Of a stretch of DNA of 64,000 nucleotides, positions 48,533-60,680 are shown piece by piece. The stretch is from assembly GCF_006345805.1 (NCBI RefSeq), contig NC_043001.1, forward strand, positions 38,874,001 through 38,938,000. Direction: 5' to 3'. Each line of letters starts with the position of its first letter. Positions within the stretch are counted from its first letter, which is position 1. A program made the translations under genes and the position numbers. The DNA comes from Octopus sinensis. Taxonomy: Eukaryota. Under the pieces are notes generated by a model. That model had not been told where the DNA came from. It saw nothing but the letters and a program-made list of their open reading frames with translations, and ran no database searches.

Positions 48533-48583
<51 letters not shown>

Positions 48584-48584
<1 letters not shown>

Positions 48585-49922
48585 TAGCAGAATTGCCCAG
48601 CGATGCTCGGGGCTGAATTGCTTGAAAGTACTGTTAATGATTGCACTGAATTATGATGATTATTCAGGCAAATATTGATATATAAGTTTACGGTGGGAGA
48701 TAAGGACTTAACGATCGAACGTGTGCCATTGCATTGTTTTGGGGAATCAAATTTCTAATGAGCATTATAGGGGCACCAACTTTAAGTTTGAGAATGTGTG
48801 GTGTTAGTCCGGGGGGCTCAAAGGAATTGAGTACCTCTGTTGGATAGTTGATGACGTCCTCTTGGTCAGGAGTTGTATCGATAGACTTATATACATAGAC
48901 ATCCCCAGGAATGAGTTTTAGCATTTCATCATTAATATGGTGAACAGTTTTATTCCTCGGGGCCAGAATAGCCCTTTGGCCAATCCAATCCATATTCTGA
49001 TAATTAGCTTGTAGATCTGGGAACACTGCATCTCTGAGATCAGAAGGCGTTTTAACAATGGTACAAATGGAATCGATGGCAATATTACCATTTTCATCCC
49101 CTGGTATTTTGCCTTCGCCAAGTGCAAGGAGGGTGTGAGAAAATGCTGCTGATGTGATATTTCGTCGCATATGAGCACGCATATTGGTGTGAAGTTTGAG
49201 TCTTCACCAGTGGCCACAATGTGGATGACTTAAGACACGCACATACTGCATCAGTTGTAGTCCCTTTGGGAATAACGGGAAGTGTTTGTCGAAAGTCCCC
49301 TGAAAGAAGAAGTGTTATGCCTCCCATGGGAGCTGAAGAATGTTTGATGTCTCTGAGAGATCTATCTAGTGCCTCAAGAGCACCTCTGTGGGCCATCGTG
49401 CATTCATCCCAAACGATAAGCTTGCATCGTCTGAAGACTTCTGCCTGATCGGAGCTGTTACTGATGTTGCAAGTTGGTGTCTCAGTCTTCGTTAAGTCAA
49501 GCGGAAGCTTGAAAGTGGAGTGAGCTGTCTTGCCGCCTGGCAACAAAGTAGCCGCAATTCCAGGTGATGCCACAGCTAGGGCAATGCCTTGTGTTCGCCT
49601 AATCTCAGCCAATATTAATTTGTTGAGAAAAGTTTTCCCAGTGCCCCCAGGAAAAATATCCCCACAGCTTTGGCCCGGACTGAATTAACAACGGAGTTGT
49701 AAGCGAACTTCTGTTCTGGAAGGAGCTTTGGCTCATTGTCGGCTATGTACTCGGCAAGCTCGTCAACATTAAAACATGTCTCACGCAGCAAATGGGAAGA
49801 CAGAGTGTTTGTGCCTTCCCGGTTTGTTGAAGGTAGGCCATAGACCGGCAAGGCACTACTGCCCATATCAAGTACAGTATCTTCGAACGTAGTTTGTTAC
49901 CACACAGCCACATCTGCCCCTA

Positions 49923-49966
<44 letters not shown>

Positions 49967-50570
49967 TGTGTGCGTATGGGTAGATATGTTATGCATGTAT
50001 ATATGTGTATATATATATGTGTACATATTACATGTACATCTATATATATATATACATCTACACATAAAATACAAAATAGAAAGTTATATCTTGATATCGC
50101 TAGTGATAACAATACTCAAAATATATAACAGACTGGAATTGTAGGCCCGTCTCTTGCAATTTCGATCAATTGGATCTTGTCCTCCCTCTTGTATAGAAGT
50201 GTACGGCTGCAGCGAAATTCATTTTTGGACTTTCTTCTATCGAAGGCATTTTAACAAAAATGCTTCCGTAAAGACAGTGAAAATATTGTCAATTTCCCCA
50301 AACAGGGACGCAATTCAATTTTAAAACAATAACCAAAGCCCCTTCTCCGAAAGGGGGGGGTTACGATTTACAATTATTTAACAAATGCAACACAACAACG
50401 TTTCCCTGACGAGGAACCAACAAACATGATTACAATAGTCAAACAGTAATAATAATAACAACAAACCTTTTTAATGTATCCCCATTTATGTGAAACCACT
50501 TATTCAAGTTCAAGTCATTGATGCAATTTTATACGAATTGCTAATACACACACACATAATAAGGGTGAAA
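48584..50570 (-). mobile_element. Family A Helitron derivative with decayed PIF1 helicase (48660-49870)
   Basis: CTAG plus hairpin at 48584; ORFs with VASPGIAATLLPGGKTAHSTFKLP, LIVWDECTM, LLSGDFRQTLPV and ILAPRN. The 5' limit is approximate. Confidence 0.88.
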
Positions 50571-50643
50571 AATTGAATATTAATTTGATTAATATGAATT
50601 GAAAACCAGTGGTGTAGCATATAAGACCACAGCGGATCTTCTT

Positions 50644-50982
50644 CTAGCAAAAAGGATGACCAGTATTAATTGCTCATCCCTTTTATATAAATACTTTCAC
50701 TTTAATTGTTGCACACTTGCAAAGAGAAAGGAGGAGAAAGTGTAGTGGTAATGGTAGGAGTGAAGCACTTGAAATGAAAGAGGGAAATCGTAAAATATTT
50801 ACATTTCTCGAATTTTTGTTTAATTGGGGGTGAAATTGAAAAAAACCTTACATGCCACAACCCGATGGAATCTACTTGTAAAAATGATAGGTAAATTCCA
50901 ATTGAAGAAATTCTATATTGTAGAATTGTAAAAAAACGAACTGTTTGGGAGGCAGAGAAAATCTGCCTTTTATCATAAGAGA
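50644..50982 (-). mobile_element. Short family C element with a possible own 3' hairpin (ggatga..tcatcc) and CTAG
   Basis: 5' TCTCTTATGATAAAAGGCAG at 50982; CTAG at 50644-50647 is followed by A rather than the expected T. Confidence 0.55.
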
Positions 50983-51182
50983 TGTATACATGCATATGTG
51001 TAGATGCATAGGTATATACGTACACATACACATTTATATGTATGTATAGGTATATATGTATGTATATATACATGCATATATATATGCATGTATATATATG
51101 TATATTTATATATACATATATATACACATATATATATACATATATATACATACATACATATATATATCTATAGATATATCTA

Positions 51183-51246
<64 letters not shown>

Positions 51247-51514
51247 CATGTATGTATATAAAGTATCAAACCGAGGAAAAGAAATCCTTCAAAGGATTGT
51301 GTTAAACATCAAATTCACTCGTACATCAGTAGGATACTATATAAATATTGGTATAATTCAATTATAAAGATAAATTAAATACAGAGATATGCTCTTGACA
51401 ATCCTATAATTTATTTATATAACAACATTACATTAAACATTATGAATATAATATATAACGTAACATAATATTATATAACATAAACAATTACTAAAACCAT
51501 AAAAGGCCAACAAA

Positions 51515-51794
51515 TTGTTTCGACTTGTATATAATTTTTCTTATATACATAATAACAGTTCCCTTATATATAAAGTCATTTCAGGGTCATGATTTAGAAA
51601 TAGACGAAATTCTGTGTGAAAAGATGGCTGGATTGTAAAAATTAATTCCAATGTCCATTAATTCAAATTTTTACAATCCAACTATCCTTTCACACAGAAT
51701 TTCGTCTATTTCTAAACCATGACCCTGAAGTGACTTTATATATAAGGGAATTGTTATTATGTGTATCAGAAAAAATACATATAAGTTGAAACAA
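51515..51794. repeat. 280-bp palindrome (about 128-bp arms, 22-bp spacer)
   Basis: 51515-51643 is the reverse complement of 51666-51794 at about 90% identity. Confidence 0.93.
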
Positions 51795-52961
51795 GCCTGG
51801 CAATATGTTTGATATACTGTGTTATCAACCGTACGTAAGGCTGTATATGATGTGGGTCTCTTGACATGGTGTAATAGAAGCCTTAGATAGTAGCACTCTA
51901 AGTAGTTGGGATGGACAACATAGACTCTGATTTCTTGATTCCTGGATGATGTGTGGGTACTCCAAGTGCAAGTCTTTTCCATTTGTTTTGGTACCAGGTA
52001 TAGAATTGTGGACTTCATTGTATAGCAGTCTTGTAGCAATTTCCTCCTCTTGACAGAGCTTGAAGACTGCTGTGAGTATGGTATTTTGGAGAGCTTCCAT
52101 TTGTAGTTGGACTGTGTCTGTCTGTGTGCTGTCTCTGAGATGGAGAACAATGTCACGCTTGTCATATTCTTGCCCAACCAGAAGTACAGCTATTTCATTT
52201 GCTGTTGGCGCATTAAACCTCCCTACATGTTGACAAGATGGTTTCTTGTTTGATCTGATAACTATCTTGTAATTCATGGAGTCAAGTGGAATTGTTTCAA
52301 GTGCAGTCTTGAAGCTTTTGATCAGGTTGCTGTTGTTGTTATGCAGCATCTTTTGCAGAGATACTACAATGTTCATTGTGATGCTGGAAATGTTCTTGCA
52401 CCTCTCTTGCCCTTCTTGTTGAGAATCATCCATTAAAAATATTTGAAGGAATTTTGGTGATTCATTTGATAGAGGTAGTTGAGAGCCAATCTGATGATAA
52501 ATCTGACATTGGATCTTGAAAGTTTGCATGAATCCTGGCTCAGTTATATCTCTAGTGGCTCCAAATGATGTCTTCGAGTGCAGCATTGTATTGTCTAATT
52601 TTGATTTGGAAGTGCTTGGAATCTTAGTGAGTTGATGACAGCAGTTTCTTCACAGTGCAGGCATATCTCCAGACTGCTTCTTTGCTTTACAACGTATGCA
52701 CCCAGTTGTCATTGCATGAATGGAAACTCTAGTGTCATCTGCATAATGAACTGCTGGATCATAATTGAAAGCTACTTCATAGAAGTTGCTTCTCTGAGCT
52801 ATTGCAACTACTCTTCGTTCTGCAGTGGAGATCCTATACCTTGTCAGTTGTGCATACCTCAGCTCATCATTTGAGATGCTCTGTATTTTGTAGTGCAGTC
52901 TGTTCATTTCTTGGCATGCTTCCATTTCTGCAGCTGTCTCACCTTCCCTGGATAGAGACAT
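51795..52961 (-). pseudogene. Helitron Rep region, internally deleted
   Basis: AFNYDP..CIRCKAKK, TFKIQCQIYHQIGS..PKFLQIF, HVGRFNAPTANEIAVLLVG..DIVL and YYLRLLLHHVKRPTSY. Confidence 0.9.
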
Positions 52962-53027
52962 TATTTTGGCTGACCAAAATTGGCATAACTAGGGATTTCT
53001 GCACCCTGCCACCCATGACTTTGTAGA

Positions 53028-54190
53028 CAAATTGGCATAACTACAGATTTCTGCACCCCAACCACACAACTTTCGATGATTGTAACTTTCTGAAAAATGG
53101 ATATTTTTATTGAAATTTTCTACAAATATATGTTATATGATATAGATTCTGAATACACAAAAACTTTGGGGGAAGTGTTTTAGGAGAATGTGGGGTGGGG
53201 AATTTCAGAAAATTCACCAGAGTCCACTTCAATTCATTTTAACTTTCAAGAAAATGAATATTTTTTAATGAAATTCTCTACAAATATACATCCTACTATG
53301 AAGATTCTGAGGACAAAGGAATTTGGGGGAAAAACAACTGGGGGTTACTTTTGAGAACTGCTCCTCACTCGGAGGTGTTTCGAAAAAATTCATCCATATT
53401 TGTTTCATTTTCTCCATTTTGTGCATTTGTGCATCCATAGATATATACCACACACACACACATAATTAAAAAAGTTCAAATGGAAACTTATTCCATTCAA
53501 TACCATGTTTATTATAGAGATTATGTAAAAATTATACTTTACACTTCTATATTTAACTGCACATGTATATTCCTTATTTTTGCTTCTGGTGTCTTCCGCC
53601 TTTCAATTAGGAATGTTTACCTGGGAATTTACTTAAAATGAGAAAAAAATCGTATGCAACAGATAAGTCGTTTTAGTAAACTGTTTCTGTGTACCAAACC
53701 TTCAGATGTTATTTTTAGCATAACGAGTTTTCTGATGAGAGCTTCATTTGTCTTAATTGCCTGTTTGGTGCTTCGGTAGAAATCTACGGATGCACAAACG
53801 GAGAAAGTGAAACAAATATGGATGACTTGCTCTGAAATATCTCTGAGGGGAAAACAGTTCTCAAAAATAACCCCCAATTGTTTTCCTTGCCAAATTCCTA
53901 TGTCCTCGGAATCTACATAGTCAAAGGTATATATGTAGAGAATTTCATTAAAAAATATCCATTTTCTTGAAAGTTAAGATGAACTGAAGTGGACACCAGT
54001 GAATTTTCCAAAATTCCCCACCCCACCCCTCCTAAAACAATTACCCTACAAAATTTTGCATATTCGGAATCTACATGATATAACACATATTCATAGAAAA
54101 GTTTGATAAAATATATAGATTTTTCTGAATGTTATGATCATCAAAATTGGTGGGTGGGGTGCAGAAATCTGTAGTTGTGCGACAAATTTG
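53028..54190. mobile_element. Fold-back element with about 410-bp diverged terminal inverted repeats
   Basis: 53028-53442 is collinear with the reverse complement of 53782-54190 (for example ctacagatttctgcacccca and gaaattctctacaaatata). Confidence 0.85.
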
Positions 54191-54577
54191 ATACCTTCCT
54201 TCTAGGCATGGTTGTATATGTATACAGAAATACTTAAGTGCAGAAGATAGTAAACAATGAAAATAACTTCGTAACGTTAATTATATTACTTAATAAGATG
54301 GGAAGAAAGTAAATAAAAAATTTTAATGGAAAATAAAGTATTGTATGGGATGAAACTAGTCTATAGATGCCAGACCAGCAAGGGGAAGTGGCTGACCTTC
54401 CCTTTTCGAAGGTTATAATGGACACAGGTTCGTGTGTCACATAGCTTGCTAGAGGCGATGGCCTCTTGGAGCTAATCAACGGCAGCATTCATCCTATTTT
54501 TCTGGACTGCCATGTTAGCTTGGCGATAACTATTAATGTGTGTGTGTGTGTGTGTGTGTGCGTGCGCGCGCACACAG

Positions 54578-54612
<35 letters not shown>

Positions 54613-55024
54613 AGATGTATTTCAAAGCACAGTAAGTTCTTATTCATGCAGAAGTTACTTTGAAATTGGTTAATTTTGTTTTACTTCAATATCCTCATTT
54701 TAGTCATTCAGTTTGACTTAGGTCAAGTTTCTTACCATTGTAATGTTTTGTAGCTACTTGAAAAAAGTTCAGCTAAAAGTCACTAAATACTTTATGTGGA
54801 ATGAATGTCTTAATTCTGACAGCACTAGTAGCTTATCTTTTTATTGGCCTATTAGGTCCATAATTATTGACGCTTAATAAAAAACATAAGTAAAATTAAG
54901 AATGAACTTATGATGATAAATATGTTGAAAATATAGGCGTTCGTAAATGTATGATGGTGAAAACAAATTGCAATCTCTTCATAAACCACTCTTGCAGACC
55001 ATGTCATGAATGTGCTAGTGTTAC

Positions 55025-55675
55025 GGCCACTGTAACAGCCCAGAATATACCCCTGCCCAGACTATACCTGTGGCCCCCTCCAGACAGCCAGCCTTGGATA
55101 TAACCCTGTTCAGACTATACCCCATGCTTGTAGACAAATGACACAGATATACCTCACTTATAAAAGTTGTCTCAGAACATATATAAAATTTGATGACAAT
55201 CGATGAAGGATTTTGATTTAAACATAGGAATTTAAAATTATCAAATGCAAATATTCCATGTACCAATATAAACCCAATGTATAGGTAGACTGGGAAAAGC
55301 TGATGACTCATGCATGCTTTGCAGCATGCTGATACTATGAGTCATAGCATAGACTCGCACAAATGTGGCCATTCATGCTGGGTTTACATTGGTACATTTT
55401 AAAAGTATTTTGCATTTGATAATTCTAAATTGCTGTTTAAATCAAAATTTATATGTAACTTTTAATTCTTCATCCAGTGATATCAAATTTTACATGTGTT
55501 CTGAAGTAACTTTTATAAGTGAGGTACATCTGTATTATTTATGTGCAAGCCTGGGGTATAGTCCTGACAGGGGTATATTCTGGCCAGGTTGTTTGGATGG
55601 GGTATAGTCAGGGCTAGCCCAGACTAGCCCCAAGTACAGTCTGGGCAGGAGTATATTCTGGGCTCTTACACTGCC
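55025..55675. mobile_element. MITE-like element with about 250-295-bp inverted arms
   Basis: agcccagaatata..gcccagact at the left end, its reverse complement at the right end, and collinear inner blocks. Confidence 0.85.
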
Positions 55676-55998
55676 AATTTTCAGACAATGTTTAGACTTG
55701 TTGCACCCATACTCTGGCACTGATTGATTAAGCCACAGAGAGACACTTACATTTAAGTATGTGTATGTGTGTGCATTAACTCAAATGCATTCTATCTGTA
55801 AGGTTTTTGCTTAATCGTAAATTAGGGGTTCTGTGTAGTGCGTGTATGTTCAATGATTTTAGTTTTAGCTAAAACTGGAAAACCTAGATTTTTGAATATT
55901 AAATATCTGAAAATTGTCGAACCAAGACCCCCTAATTTTGCTTTGCAGACCTCGGAAGTCCACAAACCCCAGTTTGGCAGCCAAGGCTCTACAAAACA

Positions 55999-56643
55999 GT
56001 GTTTTGATTTTTTAAATTTTATTGATTTTTGTGTATTGTCAGATCATTAAAAGGGAATGTCAAGTGGACAAAATGAACATTTTTAACACCATTTGTTCTT
56101 TGCATTTAATTGAGGTGTTAATACTAAAGCTGCTCGTGAGATTTGTGATGTGTATGGAGAAGCAGCACTTTCTCAAAGTACTGTTTGCCATTGGTTTACG
56201 TGCTTCAAAAATGGGCATTTTGACTTTAAGGACAGATCACACACTGGTCAACCAATTGAGTTTGATGAACCTTGCCCATTGGGTGAAGTTGTTTCACCAC
56301 AGCTTTTTTTATTACAATCCTTCTGCTCTGCCAATTCTCTGGTCATTTTATGTGAATTTTTGTGAAGAAGATGATTCAATCACTCTTCATTGAACTGAAT
56401 TGGTTGACTGCTGTGTAATTCATCCTTGAGGTCGAAATTCCCATTTTTGAAGCTCAAAAACCAATGGCGGGTAGTAGTTTGAGAAATTGCTCCTTCTCAA
56501 TACACAGGACAAATCTCAAAAGCAGCTTTGGCAGGATTAACAAATTGATTAAATGAAAAAGTGAAAGTTTTGTCCTCTTGAAAGTGCATTTTAATGATCT
56601 GAAAATGCACAAAAATCAATAAAATTAAAAAAAATCAAAATAC
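55999..56643. mobile_element. Fold-back made of two mariner 5' halves joined tail-to-tail at about 56268
   Basis: Plus strand AAREICDVYGEAALSQSTVCHWFTCFKNGHFDFKDRSHTGQP (mariner HTH); a homologous segment lies on the minus strand from 56643. Confidence 0.85.
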
Positions 56644-57161
56644 ATTATCTTGTTGAGCAGAAACTTCTCTCAAATAACATAAAACGTTTTGCCAATGTAT
56701 TTTATTTCCGTGCACATTGTTAAATGTGAAGAAAAGGCCTATGAATTATTCCTCAGCCCAATGCGTTAAGAGCTGGCCAAAAGTCACCGGACAGCAAATC
56801 AAACCACTTAATTCCAAGATTTATTTATGTTTAACAACTGAATGGGTTTAATAAAAGCAACTAAATGTAAAACATCATGAAAATTGTTCCAACTGAAGTC
56901 CTTCTTGAGTAACACATTTTTCCATTTGAGTAAATACAGAATTACAGATAGTATTTATGGAAATTTGATTTGCTGTTGGGTAACTTTTCATCAAACTGTA
57001 TATATATATGCTGGTAGTACTCTGTCAGTTACGACAACGAGGGTTCCATTTGATCTGATTAATGGAACCGCTGGCTCATGAAATTAACGTGCAAGTGGCT
57101 GAGCACTCCACAGACGTGACTGCAAGTATGCTGCCCTAACAACTGGGCTATTGTGCCTCCA

Positions 57162-57193
<32 letters not shown>

Positions 57194-57686
57194 ATATATA
57201 TATATATATATATATACATACATACATATATACACACATATACATAAAGTAAGTACAGATTGAGCAATGGGGTTGATGAAATTGATTTCTCCCTCCTAAA
57301 AAATTGCTGGCCTTGTGCCAAACATTGAAACCAATGCAAAATTATTTGTCATTTGGTGTTAATTATACTTACTGAGAGCTTCATCTGGAATAGTTGCATA
57401 ATTATTTTCAGCACCTTGAAGAAAAGAAATGGAAAATGCAAAACTTATTATTTCAGTGTGTAGTGCATGGTATCTAAAATTAAATGTAAGTATATATATA
57501 TATATATATATATACATACACATATACATGCACACACACACATGAAGTCCTTCTTGAGAGACACATTTTTCCATTAGCCAATACAGAATTACAGATAGTA
57601 TTTATGGAAATTTGATTTACTGTTGGGTGACTTTTGGTCAAATTGTGTGCGTATATATATTATATATATATATGTATATATATATG

Positions 57687-57830
57687 ATGGTGGTACTCTG
57701 TCAGTTACAACAACGAGGATTCCAGCTGATCTGATCAATGGAACAGCTGGCTCATGAAATTAACATGCAAGAGGCTGCTGAGCACTCCACAGACATGTGT
57801 ACCCGTAACATAGTTCTCGGGGAGATTCAG
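57687..57830 (-). repeat. tRNA-derived SINE body, also at 57010-57115 and inverted at 58387-58518
   Basis: Direct sequence comparison. Confidence 0.75.
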
Positions 57831-58027
57831 TGTGACAGAAACAGGAAGTAAGAGTGAGAGAAAGTTGTGGTGAAAGAGTATAGCAGGGTTGCCCCCACCC
57901 CTGCTGGAGCCTAATGGAGCTTTAGGTGTTTTCATTCAATAAACATTCATAAAGCCCGATCTGGGAATTGAAACTGCAATCCCATGACTGCAAGTATGCT
58001 GCCCTAACCACTGGGCTATTGCACCTC

Positions 58028-58064
<37 letters not shown>

Positions 58065-58529
58065 ACACTGGTCAACCAATTGAGTTTGATGAACCTTGCC
58101 CATTGGGTGAAGTTGTTTCACCACAGCTTTTTTTATTACAATCCTTCTGCTCTGCCAATTCTCTGGTCATTTTATGTGAATTTTTGTGAAGAAGATGATT
58201 CAATCACTCTTCATTGAACTGAATTGGTTGACTGCGGTGTAATTCATCCTTGAGGTCGAAATTCCCATTTTTGAAGCTCAAAAACCAATGGCGGGTAGTA
58301 GTTTGAGAAATTGCTCCTTCTCAATACACAGGACAAATCTCAAAAGCAGCTTTGGCAGGATTAACAAATTGATTAAATGAAAAAGTGAACTATGTTACGG
58401 GTACACATGTCTGTGGAGTGCTCAGCAGCCTCTTGCATGTTAATTTCATGAGCCAGCTGTTCCATTGATGAAATCAGCTGGAATCCTCGTTGTTGTAACT
58501 GACAGAGTACTACCACCATAATGACATTT

Positions 58530-58900
58530 TGTCTGTCTTCACACTCTGAGTTCAGATGCTGCCGAGATCAATAAAATAAGCCCCACTTGAGTACTGGGGG
58601 TCGATGTACTCAACATATCCCTTCCCCCAAAATTTCAGGCCTTGTGCCTATACTAGAATGGATTATTATTATTATTATTATTAAGGCAGCAAGCTGTCAG
58701 AATTCTTAGCAGTATTTTTCCTGCCTTTACATTGAGTTCAAATTCTGCCAAGGCAACTTTGCTTGTCATCATTTCAGGGTCAGTAATATATATACCAGTT
58801 GAACACTGGGTCGATGTAATCAATTAGCCCCACTTCCTCTCCACTCCCCTCAGATTTCAGGCCTTATGCCTATAGTTGAAAGGATTATTATTATAAGAGT
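58530..58900 (+). repeat. Two tandem degenerate SINE copies with (ATT)n tails
   Basis: Shared gagttca..., ctggggtcgatgta and atttcaggccttgtgcctata..ggattattatt. Confidence 0.65.
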
Positions 58901-59103
58901 ATAAGAGATTATTTCTTTTCATGGAGTGGTTGGCGTTAGGAAGGGCATCCAGCCGTAGAAACATTGCCAGATCAAACTGGGCCTGGTGCAGCCTTCTGGC
59001 TTCCCAGACCCCAGTTGAACCGTCCAACCCATGCTAGCATGGAAAGCGGACGCTAAACAATGATGATGATGATGATGATGATATATATATATATATATAT
59101 ATA

Positions 59104-60000
59104 TTGTATGATGCATGTGTACGAACAGCCATGCTACATGGCAGTGAAACATGGGCCGTGACTGCTGAGGATATGCATAAGCTCACAAGAAATGAAGCCA
59201 GTATGCTCCGATAGATGTGTAATGTCAGTGTTCATACTCGACAGAGTGTAAGTACCTTGAGAGAAAAGTTGGACCTAAGAAGCATCAGTTGTGGTGTGCA
59301 GGAGAGACGTTTGCGCTGGTATGGTCATGTGGCGAGAATGGATGAAGATAGTTGTGTGAAAAAGTGCCACACCCTAGCTGTTGAGGGAACCTGTGGAAGA
59401 GGTAGACCCAGGAAAACCTGGGATGAGGTGGTGAAGCACGACCTTCGAACTTTAGGTCTCACTGAGGAAATGGCTAGAGACCGAGACCTCTGGAAGTATG
59501 CGGTGCATGAGAAGACCCGGCAGGACAAGTGAGACCATAACCCATGGCCTCAGTCCACTTATGCATACCTTTCCTTCTTGGGACACAAAACTCTAGTTGT
59601 GAAGACCTGTTGAGGCAAGTGAAAATCAAAATCAAAATCAAAAATCAAAATCGATCAACATCAATGGAAATTGTAGCTGTGATACCAGTGCCGGTGGCAC
59701 ATAAGAGAACCATCCGAACGTGGCCGTTCCCAGTGCCGCCCCGACTGGCTTCCATGCTGGTGGCACGTAAAAAGCACCATCCGCTCGTGGCCGTTTGCCA
59801 GCCTTGTCTGGCACCTGTGCTGGTGGCACGTAAAAATCACCCACTACACTCATGGAGTGGTAGGCGTTAGGAAGGGCATCCAGCTTTAGAAACATTGCCA
59901 GATTAGACTGGGCCTGGTGCAGCCTTCTGGCTTCCCAGACCACAGTTGCACCATCCAACCCATGCCACCATGGAAACCGGATGCTAAACGATGATGATGA

Positions 60001-60003
<3 letters not shown>
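59104..60003 (+). mobile_element. RTE LINE 3' fragment (ORF end at 59532, UTR and (GAT)n tail)
   Basis: LYDACVRTAMLHGSETWAV..QERRLRWYGHVARM..GRGRPRKTW. Confidence 0.92.
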
Positions 60004-60065
<62 letters not shown>

Positions 60066-60324
60066 TATATACACGCACACACACATAAAGTAAGTACAGA
60101 TTGAGCAATGGGGTTGATGAAATTGATTTCTCCCTCCCAAAAAATTGCTGGCCTTGTGCCAAACATTGAAACCAATACAAAATTATTTGTTATTTGGTGT
60201 TAATTATACTTACTGAGAGCTTCATCTGAAATAGTCGCATAATTATCTTCAGTACCTTTAAGAAAAGAAATGGAAAATGCAAAACTTATTATTTCAGTGT
60301 GTAGTGCATCATACTAAAATTAAC

Positions 60325-60447
<123 letters not shown>

Positions 60448-60596
60448 GGTTAAGTAATTGAGATTCTAGTGAATTCTAAAGAATTCACATGAATATGGTC
60501 CTTAACTAGGATGCACCGGATATCTATATGGTGTTAACCATACGACAAGTGGGGTGATTATAAATAGGAAAAAAGCAACAAGAATGGATTAAAATC

Positions 60597-60680
60597 TCGG
60601 TACGATCGTTTCGTACGAGGACATCTTTAATAAGCTACAAAAAATGCAGTGAATACAGATGGCTCGTACTCGTCAGCCGA
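60597..60680 (-). ncRNA. Canonical type I hammerhead ribozyme
   Basis: Minus strand tcgg-CTGACGA-gtacgag..ctcgtac-GAAA-cgatcg-TA|-ccga; perfect core and helices; predicted GUA cleavage between 60601 and 60600. Confidence 0.93.

Noticed and set aside
50702-51367. Many ORFs rich in Y/I/C/V/H/T (also near 5340, 15900, 29500, 34600-34960, 49900 and 59900)
   Set aside because: Translations of (TA)n, (CA)n and (TG)n microsatellites.
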